Assembly (NCBI RefSeq): GCF_000196355.1 | Contig: NC_007614.1 | Location: forward strand, 330,001-362,000 | Direction of reading: 5' to 3' | Length of the DNA stretch: 32,000 nucleotides | DNA from: Nitrosospira multiformis ATCC 25196 | GTDB lineage: Bacteria; Pseudomonadota; Gammaproteobacteria; Burkholderiales; Nitrosomonadaceae | Shown here: in pieces, positions 11,641 to 21,768 of the stretch | Numbering within the stretch: position 1 is the stretch's first letter | Layout: the number at the start of each line of letters is the position of its first letter | Position numbers and translations under genes: made by a program | The notes under the pieces: model-generated | The model's database searches: none | The model's input: the letters and a program-made list of their open reading frames with translations, nothing else | What the model was told of the DNA's origin: nothing

Positions 11641-13573
11641 GCCCGTCCTCCCGGTTCTGCTGGTGCTCCTCATCCTCCTCTTCGTCCACCTGATCGACAG
11701 GCTGTGCAGCTGCTTCCTTAGGCAGTTTACCCAGCAGATAGTAATCCATCACCACGCGGGCAATCGGTGCCGCTGCCGAACCGCCATGGCCGCCATTTTC
11801 CACCAGAACGGACAGCGCAATTTTGGGGTTTTCAGCGGGAGCATAGCTTATAAATAGCGCATGATCACGATGCCGTTCATCGAGCTTGCTTTCCTCATAC
11901 TTTTCCCCCTGTTTTACCCCCACTACCTGTGCAGTCCCCGTTTTTCCGGCAAAGGTATAAGCGGCCCCTGCACCGGCGACCGCGGCTGTGCCGCCCGGAC
12001 GGGTTACATCGACCAGCGCATTATGTACCGCCTTCAAATTGGCGGGATCGAGTTTGAGCCGGTACAGCGGACTTGTGCCGAATTCCCGTACGATCCGGTT
12101 GTTACTGTCCAGGACCTGCTTGACGAGATGGGGACGGAACGCAGCGCCGTTGCCGGCAAGCACAGCGGTTGCAAATGCCAGTTGCAGCGGCGTGGTCAGA
12201 TTATAACCCTGGCCAATCCCCACAGAAATCGTATCGCCCGCAAACCAGTTCTGTTTATGCCGTTGCATTTTCCACTCCTGAGAGGGCAACAGGCCGGCGG
12301 CTTCGCCTTCGATATCGATCCCGGTCTTTTTCCCCAACCCGAACTGACTGGTAAAATTGTAGATATTATCGATCCCGAGGTCATGAGCCAGCGAATAGTA
12401 ATAAGTGTCGCAAGAGATAACCAGCGATTTGTGGAGATCCACGAGGCCGTGACCGCCGGCTTTCCAGTCGCGAAAACGGTGAGTGCTTCCGGGCAGGCTG
12501 AAGTAGCCGGGATCGCTGATCGCGCTTCCCGGCCAACGCTTCTTGAGTTCCAGACCAGCCAGAGCCATGAAGGGTTTGAACGTCGAGCCGGGCGGGTATA
12601 CGCCACGCAAAGCCCGATTGTTCAGCGGCCGATCGATGGAATTGTTCAGCAATTCCCAATTCTCGGTGTCGATCCCGTCTACAAAAAGATTCGGATCGAA
12701 CCCCGGTCTGCTCACGAATGCGAGCACGTCTCCCGTTGCCGGTTCTATGGCGACAAGTGCGCCACGCCGGTTGCCAAACGCCTTTTCCGCGACTTCCTGC
12801 AATTTGAAATCGAGCGATAGCTTGAGATTCCTGCCCGCAATCGGCGGTGTGCGGGATATGACGCGAATTGCACGGCCGCCTGCGTCGGTTTCCATCTCCT
12901 CGATTCCGGTGATGCCGTGCAATTCCCTCTCATAGCTCTGTTCGATGCCGATTTTTCCCATGTGCTGGGAACCGCGGTAATTGGCGAGTTCGCTGTCAGC
13001 CTCCAGCCGTTCCAGATCCTTGTCATTGATGCGCCCTATGTAACCCACCACGTGAGAGGCGAACTCGCCTTTGGGATACTGGCGGAACGGCCGCGCCTTG
13101 ATTTCCACTCCCGGAAAGCGATAGCGGTTGGCGGCGAAGCGGGCAACCTCCACGTCCGATAATCGCGTGCGAATAGGCAAGCTTTCGAATCTTCTGTTCT
13201 CCTCCATCAATTTCTTGAAGCGCTTGCGGTCACGCGCGGAGATCTCCACTACCGTCGTCAGCTCATTGATGAGGCGCTCGAGATTTCCGATCCTGCTCGG
13301 AACGATTTCGAGTGTATAGGCAGAATAATTATGAGCGAGCACGACGCCATTGCGGTCAAAAATCAGGCCGCGGTTGGGAACGATCGGCGCAATGGAAATG
13401 CGATTTGCTTCCGCCAGCGTGTGATAATGCTCACGCTGAGAAACCTGCAGGTAAAAGAAGCGTGCGAACAGCAGCAGGAAGAGCAGCAGCATGAAGCCGG
13501 CGCTTATCGCCAGCCGCAGGCGGAAATTGTGTAACTCACGCGAGTAGCTTCGAAGCTCGATTCTGTGATTCAT
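11633..13573 (-). CDS. mrdA: Penicillin-binding protein 2 (elongasome transpeptidase)
   Basis: Transpeptidase motifs STFK (..PPGSTFKPFMA..) and KTGTAQV, plus an N-terminal membrane anchor. The likely start ATG 13573 (MNHRIELRSY..) forms an ATGA overlap with the mreD stop. Confidence 0.95.
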   Translation of the reverse strand: MNHRIELRSYSRELHNFRLRLAISAGFMLLLFLLLFARFFYLQVSQREHYHTLAEANRISIAPIVPNRGLIFDRNGVVLAHNYSAYTLEIVPSRIGNLERLINELTTVVEISARDRKRFKKLMEENRRFESLPIRTRLSDVEVARFAANRYRFPGVEIKARPFRQYPKGEFASHVVGYIGRINDKDLERLEADSELANYRGSQHMGKIGIEQSYERELHGITGIEEMETDAGGRAIRVISRTPPIAGRNLKLSLDFKLQEVAEKAFGNRRGALVAIEPATGDVLAFVSRPGFDPNLFVDGIDTENWELLNNSIDRPLNNRALRGVYPPGSTFKPFMALAGLELKKRWPGSAISDPGYFSLPGSTHRFRDWKAGGHGLVDLHKSLVISCDTYYYSLAHDLGIDNIYNFTSQFGLGKKTGIDIEGEAAGLLPSQEWKMQRHKQNWFAGDTISVGIGQGYNLTTPLQLAFATAVLAGNGAAFRPHLVKQVLDSNNRIVREFGTSPLYRLKLDPANLKAVHNALVDVTRPGGTAAVAGAGAAYTFAGKTGTAQVVGVKQGEKYEESKLDERHRDHALFISYAPAENPKIALSVLVENGGHGGSAAAPIARVVMDYYLLGKLPKEAAAQPVDQVDEEEDEEHQQNREDGHG

Positions 13574-14091
13574 CTTGCATCGGAAGCAGACCAGGGTTTC
13601 TGCGGCACCCTCAATATGGCTGAGAGAAGCGGCCACAGTAACATGCCGACAATGCTGCCAAGAAAGAAGTTCCAGCCGGGGAAAGGAGAACCGGCAAACA
13701 GCCCGGCAAGAAGTGTGACGATCTGCCCTGAAAGCAGAACCAGTCCTATCTGGGGAGCTTGTTTATATCCTTCGAAGATACCCATGCGCCGGTTGAAGAC
13801 CAGTGCCATGAACGCCATTACGCTGTACCCGAGCGCGTGTTGCCCGAAGGTACTGGCATTGCTCAGATCCATGAGCAGACCCATCCAGAATGCCATGCCA
13901 ATGCCCACACGCTGGGGTTCGTTGAGATACCAGTAAAGCATCACCAGCGCGACAAAATCGGGCTGCAGCGTCCGAGCGGTGCCTGTGACGGGTATGAGAT
14001 TCAGGAGTAGCGCCACGATCAGGCTGAGCATGATGAACCAGCTTTTGGCTGGCATCAGAATTTCGTGCCTGGATGAATTAGCGAGCGTCAC
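13570..14091 (-). CDS. mreD: Rod shape-determining protein MreD
   Basis: Small polytopic membrane protein between mreC and mrdA. GTG 14091 overlaps the mreC stop (GTGA). The alternative ATG 14055 gives MPAKSWFIMLSLIVALLLNLIP, which aligns well with E. coli MreD as I remember it. Confidence 0.85.
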   Translation of the reverse strand: MTLANSSRHEILMPAKSWFIMLSLIVALLLNLIPVTGTARTLQPDFVALVMLYWYLNEPQRVGIGMAFWMGLLMDLSNASTFGQHALGYSVMAFMALVFNRRMGIFEGYKQAPQIGLVLLSGQIVTLLAGLFAGSPFPGWNFFLGSIVGMLLWPLLSAILRVPQKPWSASDAR

Positions 14092-14984
14092 TGTCTTCTC
14101 GCTTCCTGGGGGCGGGGCTTCGTTTTGGTCGCTTCTGCCGGTGTTCCGGTACGAGGCGCCCGCGTGGAAAGGATTAACAGCTGCCGATTCTGATTCACAC
14201 CGGAAGCAGGCGTGCAGATGATGCGCGCAAAGATATAATTGGGATTACGCTCGATCTGGGATACTGCAGCAACGGGAAGCCCCGCGGGATAGATGCCATC
14301 TATCCCGGATGTAACCAGGACGTCCCCTTCCTGAATGTCGGTGTTGATTGCCATATACCTCAACTCCAGAACTCCTTCCCTGCCGGTGCCTGATATGATC
14401 GAGCGCAGGCCGTTGCGTACTACTTGCACGGGAACGGAATGGTCCCTGTCCGTGAGAAGAGTCACTTCCGAGGCCAGGGGGTAATTGCGGGTAACCTGTC
14501 CCACCACGCCCATATCATCCACGACGACCTGCCCCGACTCGATTCCGGCCATGCTGCCCTTGTCAAGCAATACCTTGCGATTGAATGGATCATGCGGCAC
14601 GCGCAGGATTTCCGCCACTGTTGCCTTGTTTTCAATACGCTGCGTCGTATTCAGGAGCTTGCGCAGCTGAGTATTCTCGGCTTCCAGCGCACGCAGCCGG
14701 AGGAGCTGGCCTTTGTCAACGAGATGCTGCTGCTTGAGACGTGCATTTTCCTCCGCTATCTCGCCATGCTGGAAGAGTTCGCTTGTGGCATCGTACATTG
14801 CCATGGGCATATGAGCCAATTTCTGCAGCGGATAAACTATCACGGAAAAGATTTCCCGCACGCCGCCGAGATACTTGGATCGGCTATCCAGTGCCATAAG
14901 AAGCAATGACAGCATGACAAAAAAAGCCGTCCGGGCCAGTAAACTGGGACTGTGCCTGAAAAACCGGGGAGAGATTTCTATCAT
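14088..14984 (-). CDS. mreC: Rod shape-determining protein MreC
   Basis: 298-aa ORF with an N-terminal anchor (..AFFVMLSLLLMALDSR), a coiled coil (ENARLKQQ..LEAENTQLRKLL) and beta-rich domains (..VVDDMGVVGQV.., ..VTSGIDGIYPAGLPVA..). Confidence 0.92.
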   Translation of the reverse strand: MIEISPRFFRHSPSLLARTAFFVMLSLLLMALDSRSKYLGGVREIFSVIVYPLQKLAHMPMAMYDATSELFQHGEIAEENARLKQQHLVDKGQLLRLRALEAENTQLRKLLNTTQRIENKATVAEILRVPHDPFNRKVLLDKGSMAGIESGQVVVDDMGVVGQVTRNYPLASEVTLLTDRDHSVPVQVVRNGLRSIISGTGREGVLELRYMAINTDIQEGDVLVTSGIDGIYPAGLPVAAVSQIERNPNYIFARIICTPASGVNQNRQLLILSTRAPRTGTPAEATKTKPRPQEARRQ

Positions 14985-15080
14985 GTGCGAGATTTTATGT
15001 TCCCGATTTGCAGGGACTGGAAGGTGCGGTGCATTGAAGGCGGTAGTGAGAGCTGGCAGTAGCGCAATTTATAAAGGTTA

Positions 15081-16142
<1,062 letters not shown>

Positions 16143-16250
16143 TTACGGAGTCCGTCGCGGAGGATAGTAATTAAAAGCAGGTGAAAAGAATCGGGCTATG
16201 ATACTCTATTAGCTATTTGAATATAAGGGTTATAAAGGATTTAGCCGGAA

Positions 16251-16538
16251 ATGTCTCTGTCTCTGGATGATGTGAAACGTGTTGCAAATCTGGCGCGCAT
16301 CGAGATCAGCGAAGATGAGGCGCGCAAGGCGTTGATCCAGTTATCAGGCATATTTGGCCTCATCGAGCAGATGCAGGCAGTGGATGTATCGGCGATAACC
16401 CCCATGTCGCATGCGCAGGATGTAATGCAGCGTCTGCGAGCAGATGGCGCCACGGAAATCGATCAGCGCGAGCTGTTCCAGTCGGTAGCTCCCCAGGTAG
16501 AAGCGGGACTTTATCTGGTGCCTAAAGTCATCGAGTAG
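16251..16538 (+). CDS. gatC: Asp-tRNA(Asn)/Glu-tRNA(Gln) amidotransferase subunit C
   Basis: 95-aa [27 protein letters not shown].., typical of GatC; divergent from mreB and upstream of gatA and gatB. Confidence 0.92.
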   Translation: MSLSLDDVKRVANLARIEISEDEARKALIQLSGIFGLIEQMQAVDVSAITPMSHAQDVMQRLRADGATEIDQRELFQSVAPQVEAGLYLVPKVIE

Positions 16539-16553
16539 CGTTATCGAGTAGCG
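16530..16553. repeat. Tandem duplication of an 11-mer (13-bp period) spanning the gatC stop codon
   Basis: atcgagtagcg (16530-16540), tt, atcgagtagcg (16543-16553). A second micro-duplication, ttgcttcat x2, lies at 16621-16639 in the same spacer. Confidence 0.7.
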
Positions 16554-16662
16554 CCACGCAGGATCTCTGCGGACGGCTCCCCTGTAATTTCTATTCTCCT
16601 TCCAGGAGCCTTTTCACGTTTTGCTTCATTTTGCTTCATCCAGCGAAAACCAGCCATCAGCC

Positions 16663-18114
16663 ATGTTGAATGCCAGCCTCAAGCAACTTTCCGCGATGCT
16701 TGCCGCAAGGAAAATTTCCAGCGTTGAGTTGACTAGTGAATTTCTCAAGCGTTCCCGAGCGCTTAATCCCGAATACAACGCCTTCATCACTCTCGATGAA
16801 AGGACGAGCCTCGCGCAGGCGCAGGCTGCGGACATCTTGATCGGATCCGGGCGCGGGCAGCCCCTGACCGGCGTTCCCATTGCACAAAAGGATATCTTCT
16901 GTACCAAGGGCTGGCTCACTACCTGCGGATCGAAAATGCTGTCGAATTTCATCTCGCCCTATGACGCCCACGTGATCGGGCGCTTCAATGCCGTGGGCGC
17001 AGTCAATATTGGTAAAACCAATATGGACGAATTCGCCATGGGTTCCAGCAATGAAACCTCCTTTTACGGGCCGGTAAAAAATCCCTGGGATACCGCAGCC
17101 GTGCCAGGGGGAAGCTCCGGCGGTTCCGCCTGCGCGGTGGCAGCACGTATGGCGCCTGCGGCGACCGGGACGGACACCGGTGGCTCGATCCGGCAACCGG
17201 CGGCGTTATGCGGCATTTCAGGCCTCAAGCCGACATACGGGCTGGTATCGCGCTATGGCATGATCGCCTTCGCATCCAGCCTCGATCAGGGTGGGCCGAT
17301 GGCTAAATCAGCGGAAGACCTGGGGCTGATGCTCAACGTCATGGCAGGGTTCGATGCCCGCGATTCAACCAGTCTCGAGCGCGAACCGGAAGATTACACA
17401 CGCGACCTGGAAAAGCCGCTCGACGGTCTGCGCATTGGCCTGCCAAAGGAATATTTCGTCAAGGAAATAGCCGAGGACGTGGCGCGCGCGGTAGAAGCCG
17501 CCATTGGCCAGTATCGCAAGCTGGGAGCCGAAACGGTGGAGGTGTCGCTGCCTAATACGAAGCTTTCGGTTCCGGTTTATTACGTGCTTGCCCCCGCCGA
17601 AGCTTCGAGCAACCTGTCGCGCTTTGATGGCGTACGCTACGGTTATCGTGCTCCCGATTACCTGGATCTCAACGACATGTATCGGAAAACCCGTGCGCAG
17701 GGCTTTGGTTCAGAGGTGAAACGCCGCATCCTGATCGGCACTTATGTGCTGTCGCATGGATATTATGACGCGTACTACATCCAGGCGCAGAAGCTGCGCC
17801 GCCTGATGGCACAGGATTTCGCCGAGGCATTCAAGGAGTGCGACATCATCATGGGCCCCACTTCTCCTACAGTGGCATTCGACCTCGGAGAGAGAAGCAG
17901 CGACCCGGTTCAGATGTACTTATCCGATGCCTACACTATTGCGGTTAACCTGGCCGGCCTACCCGCGATGTCCATTCCGGTTGGCTTCGGGCATAAAAAC
18001 AGACCGGTTGGATTGCACATCATCGGCAATTATTTTGCCGAGGCGCAAATGCTGAACGTGGCCCATCAATATCAGCTTGAATCAGATTGGCATACACGAA
18101 TGCCAAAGGAGTAG
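16663..18114 (+). CDS. gatA: Asp-tRNA(Asn)/Glu-tRNA(Gln) amidotransferase subunit A
   Basis: Amidase signature (..[13 protein letters not shown].., ..[12 protein letters not shown]..). ATG 16663 gives [24 protein letters not shown], the usual GatA N-terminal length. The track ORF opens at TTG 16621, 11 nt after an AGGAG, so the start is not fully certain. Confidence 0.95.
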   Translation: MLNASLKQLSAMLAARKISSVELTSEFLKRSRALNPEYNAFITLDERTSLAQAQAADILIGSGRGQPLTGVPIAQKDIFCTKGWLTTCGSKMLSNFISPYDAHVIGRFNAVGAVNIGKTNMDEFAMGSSNETSFYGPVKNPWDTAAVPGGSSGGSACAVAARMAPAATGTDTGGSIRQPAALCGISGLKPTYGLVSRYGMIAFASSLDQGGPMAKSAEDLGLMLNVMAGFDARDSTSLEREPEDYTRDLEKPLDGLRIGLPKEYFVKEIAEDVARAVEAAIGQYRKLGAETVEVSLPNTKLSVPVYYVLAPAEASSNLSRFDGVRYGYRAPDYLDLNDMYRKTRAQGFGSEVKRRILIGTYVLSHGYYDAYYIQAQKLRRLMAQDFAEAFKECDIIMGPTSPTVAFDLGERSSDPVQMYLSDAYTIAVNLAGLPAMSIPVGFGHKNRPVGLHIIGNYFAEAQMLNVAHQYQLESDWHTRMPKE

Positions 18115-18203
18115 AGAGCAGATGGTCAGTTGTGGCGAGCCGCTTAGTTCAAGTCGCTACTCATCCCTCATAAGGCATCCGTATCAGAAAAGGGTATTCT
18201 AAA

Positions 18204-19694
18204 ATGCAATGGGAAACCGTTATCGGTCTTGAGGTTCATGCCCAGCTCTCGACCGAGTCCAAAATATTCTCCGGGGCTTCCACCGCTTTTGGCGCCGCGC
18301 CCAATGCGGAGGCCTGCGCTGTCGATCTTGCGCTGCCCGGTGTGTTGCCGGTATTGAATCGGGGCGCGGTGGAGCGTGCAATCAGGTTTGGCCTGGCAGT
18401 GGGAGCAAAAATCAATTCGCCTTCCATTTTTGCCCGCAAGAATTATTTTTATCCGGATCTGCCCAAGGGGTATCAGATCAGTCAATACGAGTTGCCGGTG
18501 GTCGAAGGGGGGCACATCCAGCTTCAGGTCGTCCAGGATGGGAAAGAGCAGGAAAAAACCGTGCGCCTCGTGCGGGCGCATCTGGAGGAGGATGCAGGCA
18601 AGTCGTTGCACGAGGATTTTCACGGCATGAGCGGTATCGATCTCAATCGCGCCGGCACACCCCTGCTTGAGATCGTTTCCGAACCGGATATGCGCAGCAG
18701 CGCCGAAGCCGTGGCATATGCAAAGACATTGCATACGCTCGTCCGCTGGATCGGCATCTGCGATGGCAACATGCAGGAGGGTTCCTTTCGCTGCGATGCT
18801 AACGTGTCTGTGCGTCCCCGGGGGTCGGACAAGCTCGGTACCCGCTGTGAAATAAAGAACCTCAACTCGTTCCGTTTTCTCGAGAAGGCGATCGATTACG
18901 AGGTCAGGCGGCAGGTCGAAATCCTCGAAGACGGAGGGTCCATACAGCAACAGACGCGCCTCTTCGATCCGGAAAAGGGTGAAACGCGCGCAATGCGAAG
19001 CAAGGAAGACGCCCAGGATTACCGCTATTTTCCAGATCCGGATCTGCTGCCGCTCGAGATATCCGGGAACTGGATCGAGGAAGTGAAGAAAGGGTTGCCT
19101 GAACTGCCCCAACAAATACGGACACGGTTCGAGCATGACTATGGGCTTTCGATGTACGATGCGCTCTTGCTCACCGGAGACCGTGATATCTCGGAATATT
19201 ATGAGGCAGTCGTAGGAAAACTTCCTTCCGACCCTAAACTGTGCGCAAACTGGGTAATGGGAGAGGTATCGGCTTATCTCAATAATGAAGGAAAGTCGTT
19301 CGATGTTTGTCCGTTATCTCCTGCACAGCTTGCGCAACTTCTTCTGCGCATCAAGGATGGAACCATTTCTGGAAAGATCGCCAAGGATGTGTTCAGACAG
19401 ATGTGGGCGCAGGCAGGTACGGAGAGCATCTCATGGAGGAATAGCGAGGGAGTGGATGAGGGCCTTGCAGACCGGATTATCGATTCACAAGGACTGAGGC
19501 AGATATCCGATTCAAGCGCATTGGAGAATTTGGTACATGAAGTGCTGGCCGCCAACCCGAAATCGGTAGAGGAATTCAAGGCAGGCAAGGAAAAGGCCTT
19601 CAACGCCCTGATGGGCCAAGTGATGAAGGCCGCCAGAGGCAAAGCGAATCCAGCGCAGGTGAATGAGATATTGAGGAAGAAGCTGACGGAATAG
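18204..19694 (+). CDS. gatB: Asp-tRNA(Asn)/Glu-tRNA(Gln) amidotransferase subunit B
   Basis: 496-aa [27 protein letters not shown].. with a C-terminal YqeY-like tail (..[16 protein letters not shown]). Confidence 0.96.
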   Translation: MQWETVIGLEVHAQLSTESKIFSGASTAFGAAPNAEACAVDLALPGVLPVLNRGAVERAIRFGLAVGAKINSPSIFARKNYFYPDLPKGYQISQYELPVVEGGHIQLQVVQDGKEQEKTVRLVRAHLEEDAGKSLHEDFHGMSGIDLNRAGTPLLEIVSEPDMRSSAEAVAYAKTLHTLVRWIGICDGNMQEGSFRCDANVSVRPRGSDKLGTRCEIKNLNSFRFLEKAIDYEVRRQVEILEDGGSIQQQTRLFDPEKGETRAMRSKEDAQDYRYFPDPDLLPLEISGNWIEEVKKGLPELPQQIRTRFEHDYGLSMYDALLLTGDRDISEYYEAVVGKLPSDPKLCANWVMGEVSAYLNNEGKSFDVCPLSPAQLAQLLLRIKDGTISGKIAKDVFRQMWAQAGTESISWRNSEGVDEGLADRIIDSQGLRQISDSSALENLVHEVLAANPKSVEEFKAGKEKAFNALMGQVMKAARGKANPAQVNEILRKKLTE

Positions 19695-20024
19695 GTCATG
19701 AGCGGACCGAATGAACCGGGAACGAACCGGAATCTTTATCTTTGCTCTGATAGGAGCTCCTGCCCCAGTTCCATAGTCTCCCCGGAAAAAGATATACAAC
19801 ACGGAACCGGGCTTGGAGGCATTGCATTGCCTCGATGACTGCGAGCGGCGGTTAAAAGCGATTGCGGCATCTGGGTCATGCAAGGCGTCAATAAAACAAG
19901 GAGGCAGGTAGCAAGCCGGTTTTGCCAATATAGTATCTGTCCCACCTGAACTTGAAGCTGCGAAGTGGAACTATTCCGCTTGTCCTGTTTTCTATAAGTG
20001 TCATAGAGGAGAGGAAGGCGAGAC

Positions 20025-20210
20025 ATGTGCATTGACAGTTTTTCCCGCGGCGTGCTATTGCCATACCATTACGCAGCTACCATCACTCCAGCGAACATCG
20101 TTCGCCGCCTCAAGCTTCGTCAGCAATTCTTTCCGAATCTCAGAAGAAATTGTTTGAAGGGAACCTGGCTGATCAATAAGTGTCCTAACAGTAGTATCAC
20201 AAAAAAATAA
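20025..20210 (+). CDS. Candidate small basic protein (61 aa), very uncertain
   Basis: A purine-rich SD (gaggagaggaagg, 20006-20018) lies 6 nt before ATG 20025. I see no recognisable family, and an open frame on the opposite strand covers the same DNA, so the coding strand is unresolved. Confidence 0.2.
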   Translation: MCIDSFSRGVLLPYHYAATITPANIVRRLKLRQQFFPNLRRNCLKGTWLINKCPNSSITKK

Positions 20211-20267
20211 CAAATTCTTAACAATACAGCTATGATAGGCGTGTCTTTCACCATAAGGAGAAAGGGC

Positions 20268-20405
20268 GATGAAAATGGGAAAACTTCTTACCGTTTCCTA
20301 TTTGATGGGTATGACGGTAGCACTGGTGGCGGCAGCGTTCCTCTGATCTTGAGACCGCTAAGGGGAATGACTCCTTCTGTAACTCCCGAACGGTCCAGAT
20401 TGTAA
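20268..20405 (+). CDS. Candidate 45-aa small membrane protein (below the ORF-track cutoff)
   Basis: AAGGAGA (20254-20260) lies 7 nt before ATG 20268. Translation is MKMGKLLTVSYLMGMTVALVAAAFPLILRPLRGMTPSVTPERSRL*, one hydrophobic helix plus a basic tail. The stop at 20403-20405 is 11 nt before a perfect intrinsic terminator. The listed antisense ORF 20248..20433 has no SD. Confidence 0.45.
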   Translation, partial: DENGKTSYRFLFDGYDGSTGGGSVPLILRPLRGMTPSVTPERSRL

Positions 20406-20416
20406 CGGTTGGCGGT

Positions 20417-20450
20417 ACCCCATTCGCTTTCATAGGAATGGGGTTTTTGT
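20417..20450 (+). terminator. Rho-independent terminator
   Basis: Perfect 9-bp stem accccattc / gaatggggt (20417-20425 / 20436-20444), a 10-nt loop, then a T-run ttttt (20444-20448). Confidence 0.65.
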
Positions 20451-20539
20451 TGTAAAGCTGGAGCCAATGAGTAGCCGGATGACTCCTCGTTTGAAGGTTT
20501 ACAGCCCGTCGCTTTACTTCGCCAGAAGAAAATTATTTA

Positions 20540-20860
20540 ATGAAACTAGCCGCTATCACTACTGCTGTTGCGATATCGAGTACCGTGATTGTCGCATGGG
20601 TACTGGCCGCAGCCCTGCGTCACAGCGTCTTTTTCTACACAGCGGATGGGTATATGTCACCCAGAACCGCTGTACGGGTGGGACTCATGAAAGATGAAGA
20701 AGCTTCATTCTCCGGCGGATTGGCATTCAGAAAGACCGGAGGAGGTGGTTATGATTACCGCGAAGAAATGGCAATTGCCTTCATTGATCAAACGGGCCAC
20801 ACCGATATTGACTTGCTCGCCGTATGCGAACGTCTGGGGGATTGCGAATTACGAAAGTGA
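20540..20860 (+). CDS. Hypothetical protein with N-terminal signal/anchor helix (106 aa)
   Basis: MKLAAITTAVAISSTVIVAWVLAAAL.. followed by a polar domain. There is no convincing SD. Two other frames (20467..20697 and 20694..20882) overlap it, and third-position GC is about 49%, which is uninformative. Confidence 0.4.
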   Translation: MKLAAITTAVAISSTVIVAWVLAAALRHSVFFYTADGYMSPRTAVRVGLMKDEEASFSGGLAFRKTGGGGYDYREEMAIAFIDQTGHTDIDLLAVCERLGDCELRK

Positions 20861-21381
20861 ATGGGTCTCCTATCTCCTATGAGACGACAGACAGCTACTC
20901 CAAATCTGATGGACGCCTGATGAATGGATAAGGCTCCGTCCAGCGAAGGTTCCCGCAGGGTTATTCCTGGTTCAGGGGGTTCCCGGGCTGCACAACAGAA
21001 GCATAAGCTTTCCTGACTTCCGTTCGACCCTGGCCTAGTCATTCAGGAAATCTTCTTTCAAAACCCTTTACGGATACTGCCTTGTAACTGGCCCCGCCCA
21101 ACTCCTCTGTTTACACAAAGGCAGTTCCAATATTGCCCGCAACACAATAATACCTGAGCTTTGTCTCCCAGGCTTTCCGGTGATGCACTACACTATCATC
21201 CGGGATATCAAATACGTTATCCGGGAATATGCATCGCGTTTCTTTCAACAAGTAAAAAATATCAGTCAATTTATAAGTTATCCACTGCGCGAACATTCTT
21301 TATTTTTTTAATATATATAGCTCCTGAAAATCATGAAATGGGGCCAGGGGAAATCAAGATCGCCGGACAAGGGAAGGACAA

Positions 21382-21768
21382 ATGACAGCTCAATATAAAA
21401 GGGTGGATAAAATGAAGGAAGAACTCGACGCGTTGCGCAAATATCGGGACACGCTCCCGGCCGTTTTCAAATTCAACCGCCAGGACCCGGCACGAAATGA
21501 AGAAGACCGCATGAGCATCCGGACTGAACCCGAAGCAATCAACGAGATCACCGTTCGTCTCGGTCCGGATATCGACGAGCGGCTAACCCGGCTCGTGGAG
21601 GAATACGGTCATAACAAGCAATATTATCTGATCGAACTCGCGCGGAACGGCATCGAGGCACTGGAAGATGCGCTTGAAGCTGACCGGGTAGTCATGCTTT
21701 CCCGTCTCAAAGGCGAAAAGATGATTCCGCTCGAGGACATCATGAGGAAGTATGACATACAGGATTAG
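21382..21768 (+). CDS. Ribbon-helix-helix (CopG/RelB-like) antitoxin with N-terminal extension
   Basis: An RHH core (EITVRLGPDIDERLTRLVEEYGHNKQYYLIELARNGIEALED) and a C-terminal toxin-binding-like tail (ALEADRVVMLSRLKGEKMIPLEDIMRKYD). It overlaps the downstream RelE-like gene by 17 nt. The start is uncertain: 21382, 21412 (AGGGTGG 5 nt upstream) or 21511. Confidence 0.75.
   Translation: MTAQYKRVDKMKEELDALRKYRDTLPAVFKFNRQDPARNEEDRMSIRTEPEAINEITVRLGPDIDERLTRLVEEYGHNKQYYLIELARNGIEALEDALEADRVVMLSRLKGEKMIPLEDIMRKYDIQD

Noticed and set aside
11861-12820. 319-aa plus-strand ORF, plus similar long antisense ORFs at 15291..16016, 18168..19136, 22120..23277 and 5195..5914
   Set aside because: Each lies entirely opposite a confidently identified gene (mrdA, mreB, gatB, msrAB, glmU), and none has an SD or recognisable motifs. 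They are shadow ORFs.
20055-20213. Minus-strand open frame (..DTTVRTLIDQPGSLQTISSEIRKELLTKLEAANDVRWSDGSCVMVWQ*) that reads like a protein fragment, possibly a gene remnant such as an integrase N-terminus
   Set aside because: It has only a TTG start and no SD. Its resemblance to P4-type integrase N-termini is too weak to claim. It also fully overlaps the SD-preceded plus-strand ORF 20025..20210. The coding strand cannot be settled without blastx.
20751-20882. 43-aa ORF (MITAKKWQLPSLIKRATPILTC..) preceded by a very strong SD-like GGAGGAGG (20738-20745)
   Set aside because: It lies inside the 106-aa ORF 20540..20860 in another frame, where the same bases encode a GGGG stretch. With no homology information I cannot tell which frame, if either, is translated.
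21011-21050. tRNA-like T-loop string (gttcgaccc) that might mark a tRNA fragment or att site at the islet
   Set aside because: The flanking bases do not form a T-arm or an acceptor stem, and I found no matching direct repeat elsewhere in the window.
21111-21296. 61-aa minus-strand ORF (MFAQWITYKLTDIFYLLKETRCIFPDNVFDIPDDSVVHHRKAWETKLRYYCVAGNIGTAFV) divergent from the TA operon
   Set aside because: It has no SD within range, no recognisable family and low GC. It could be a real small gene or a remnant, but nothing supports calling it.
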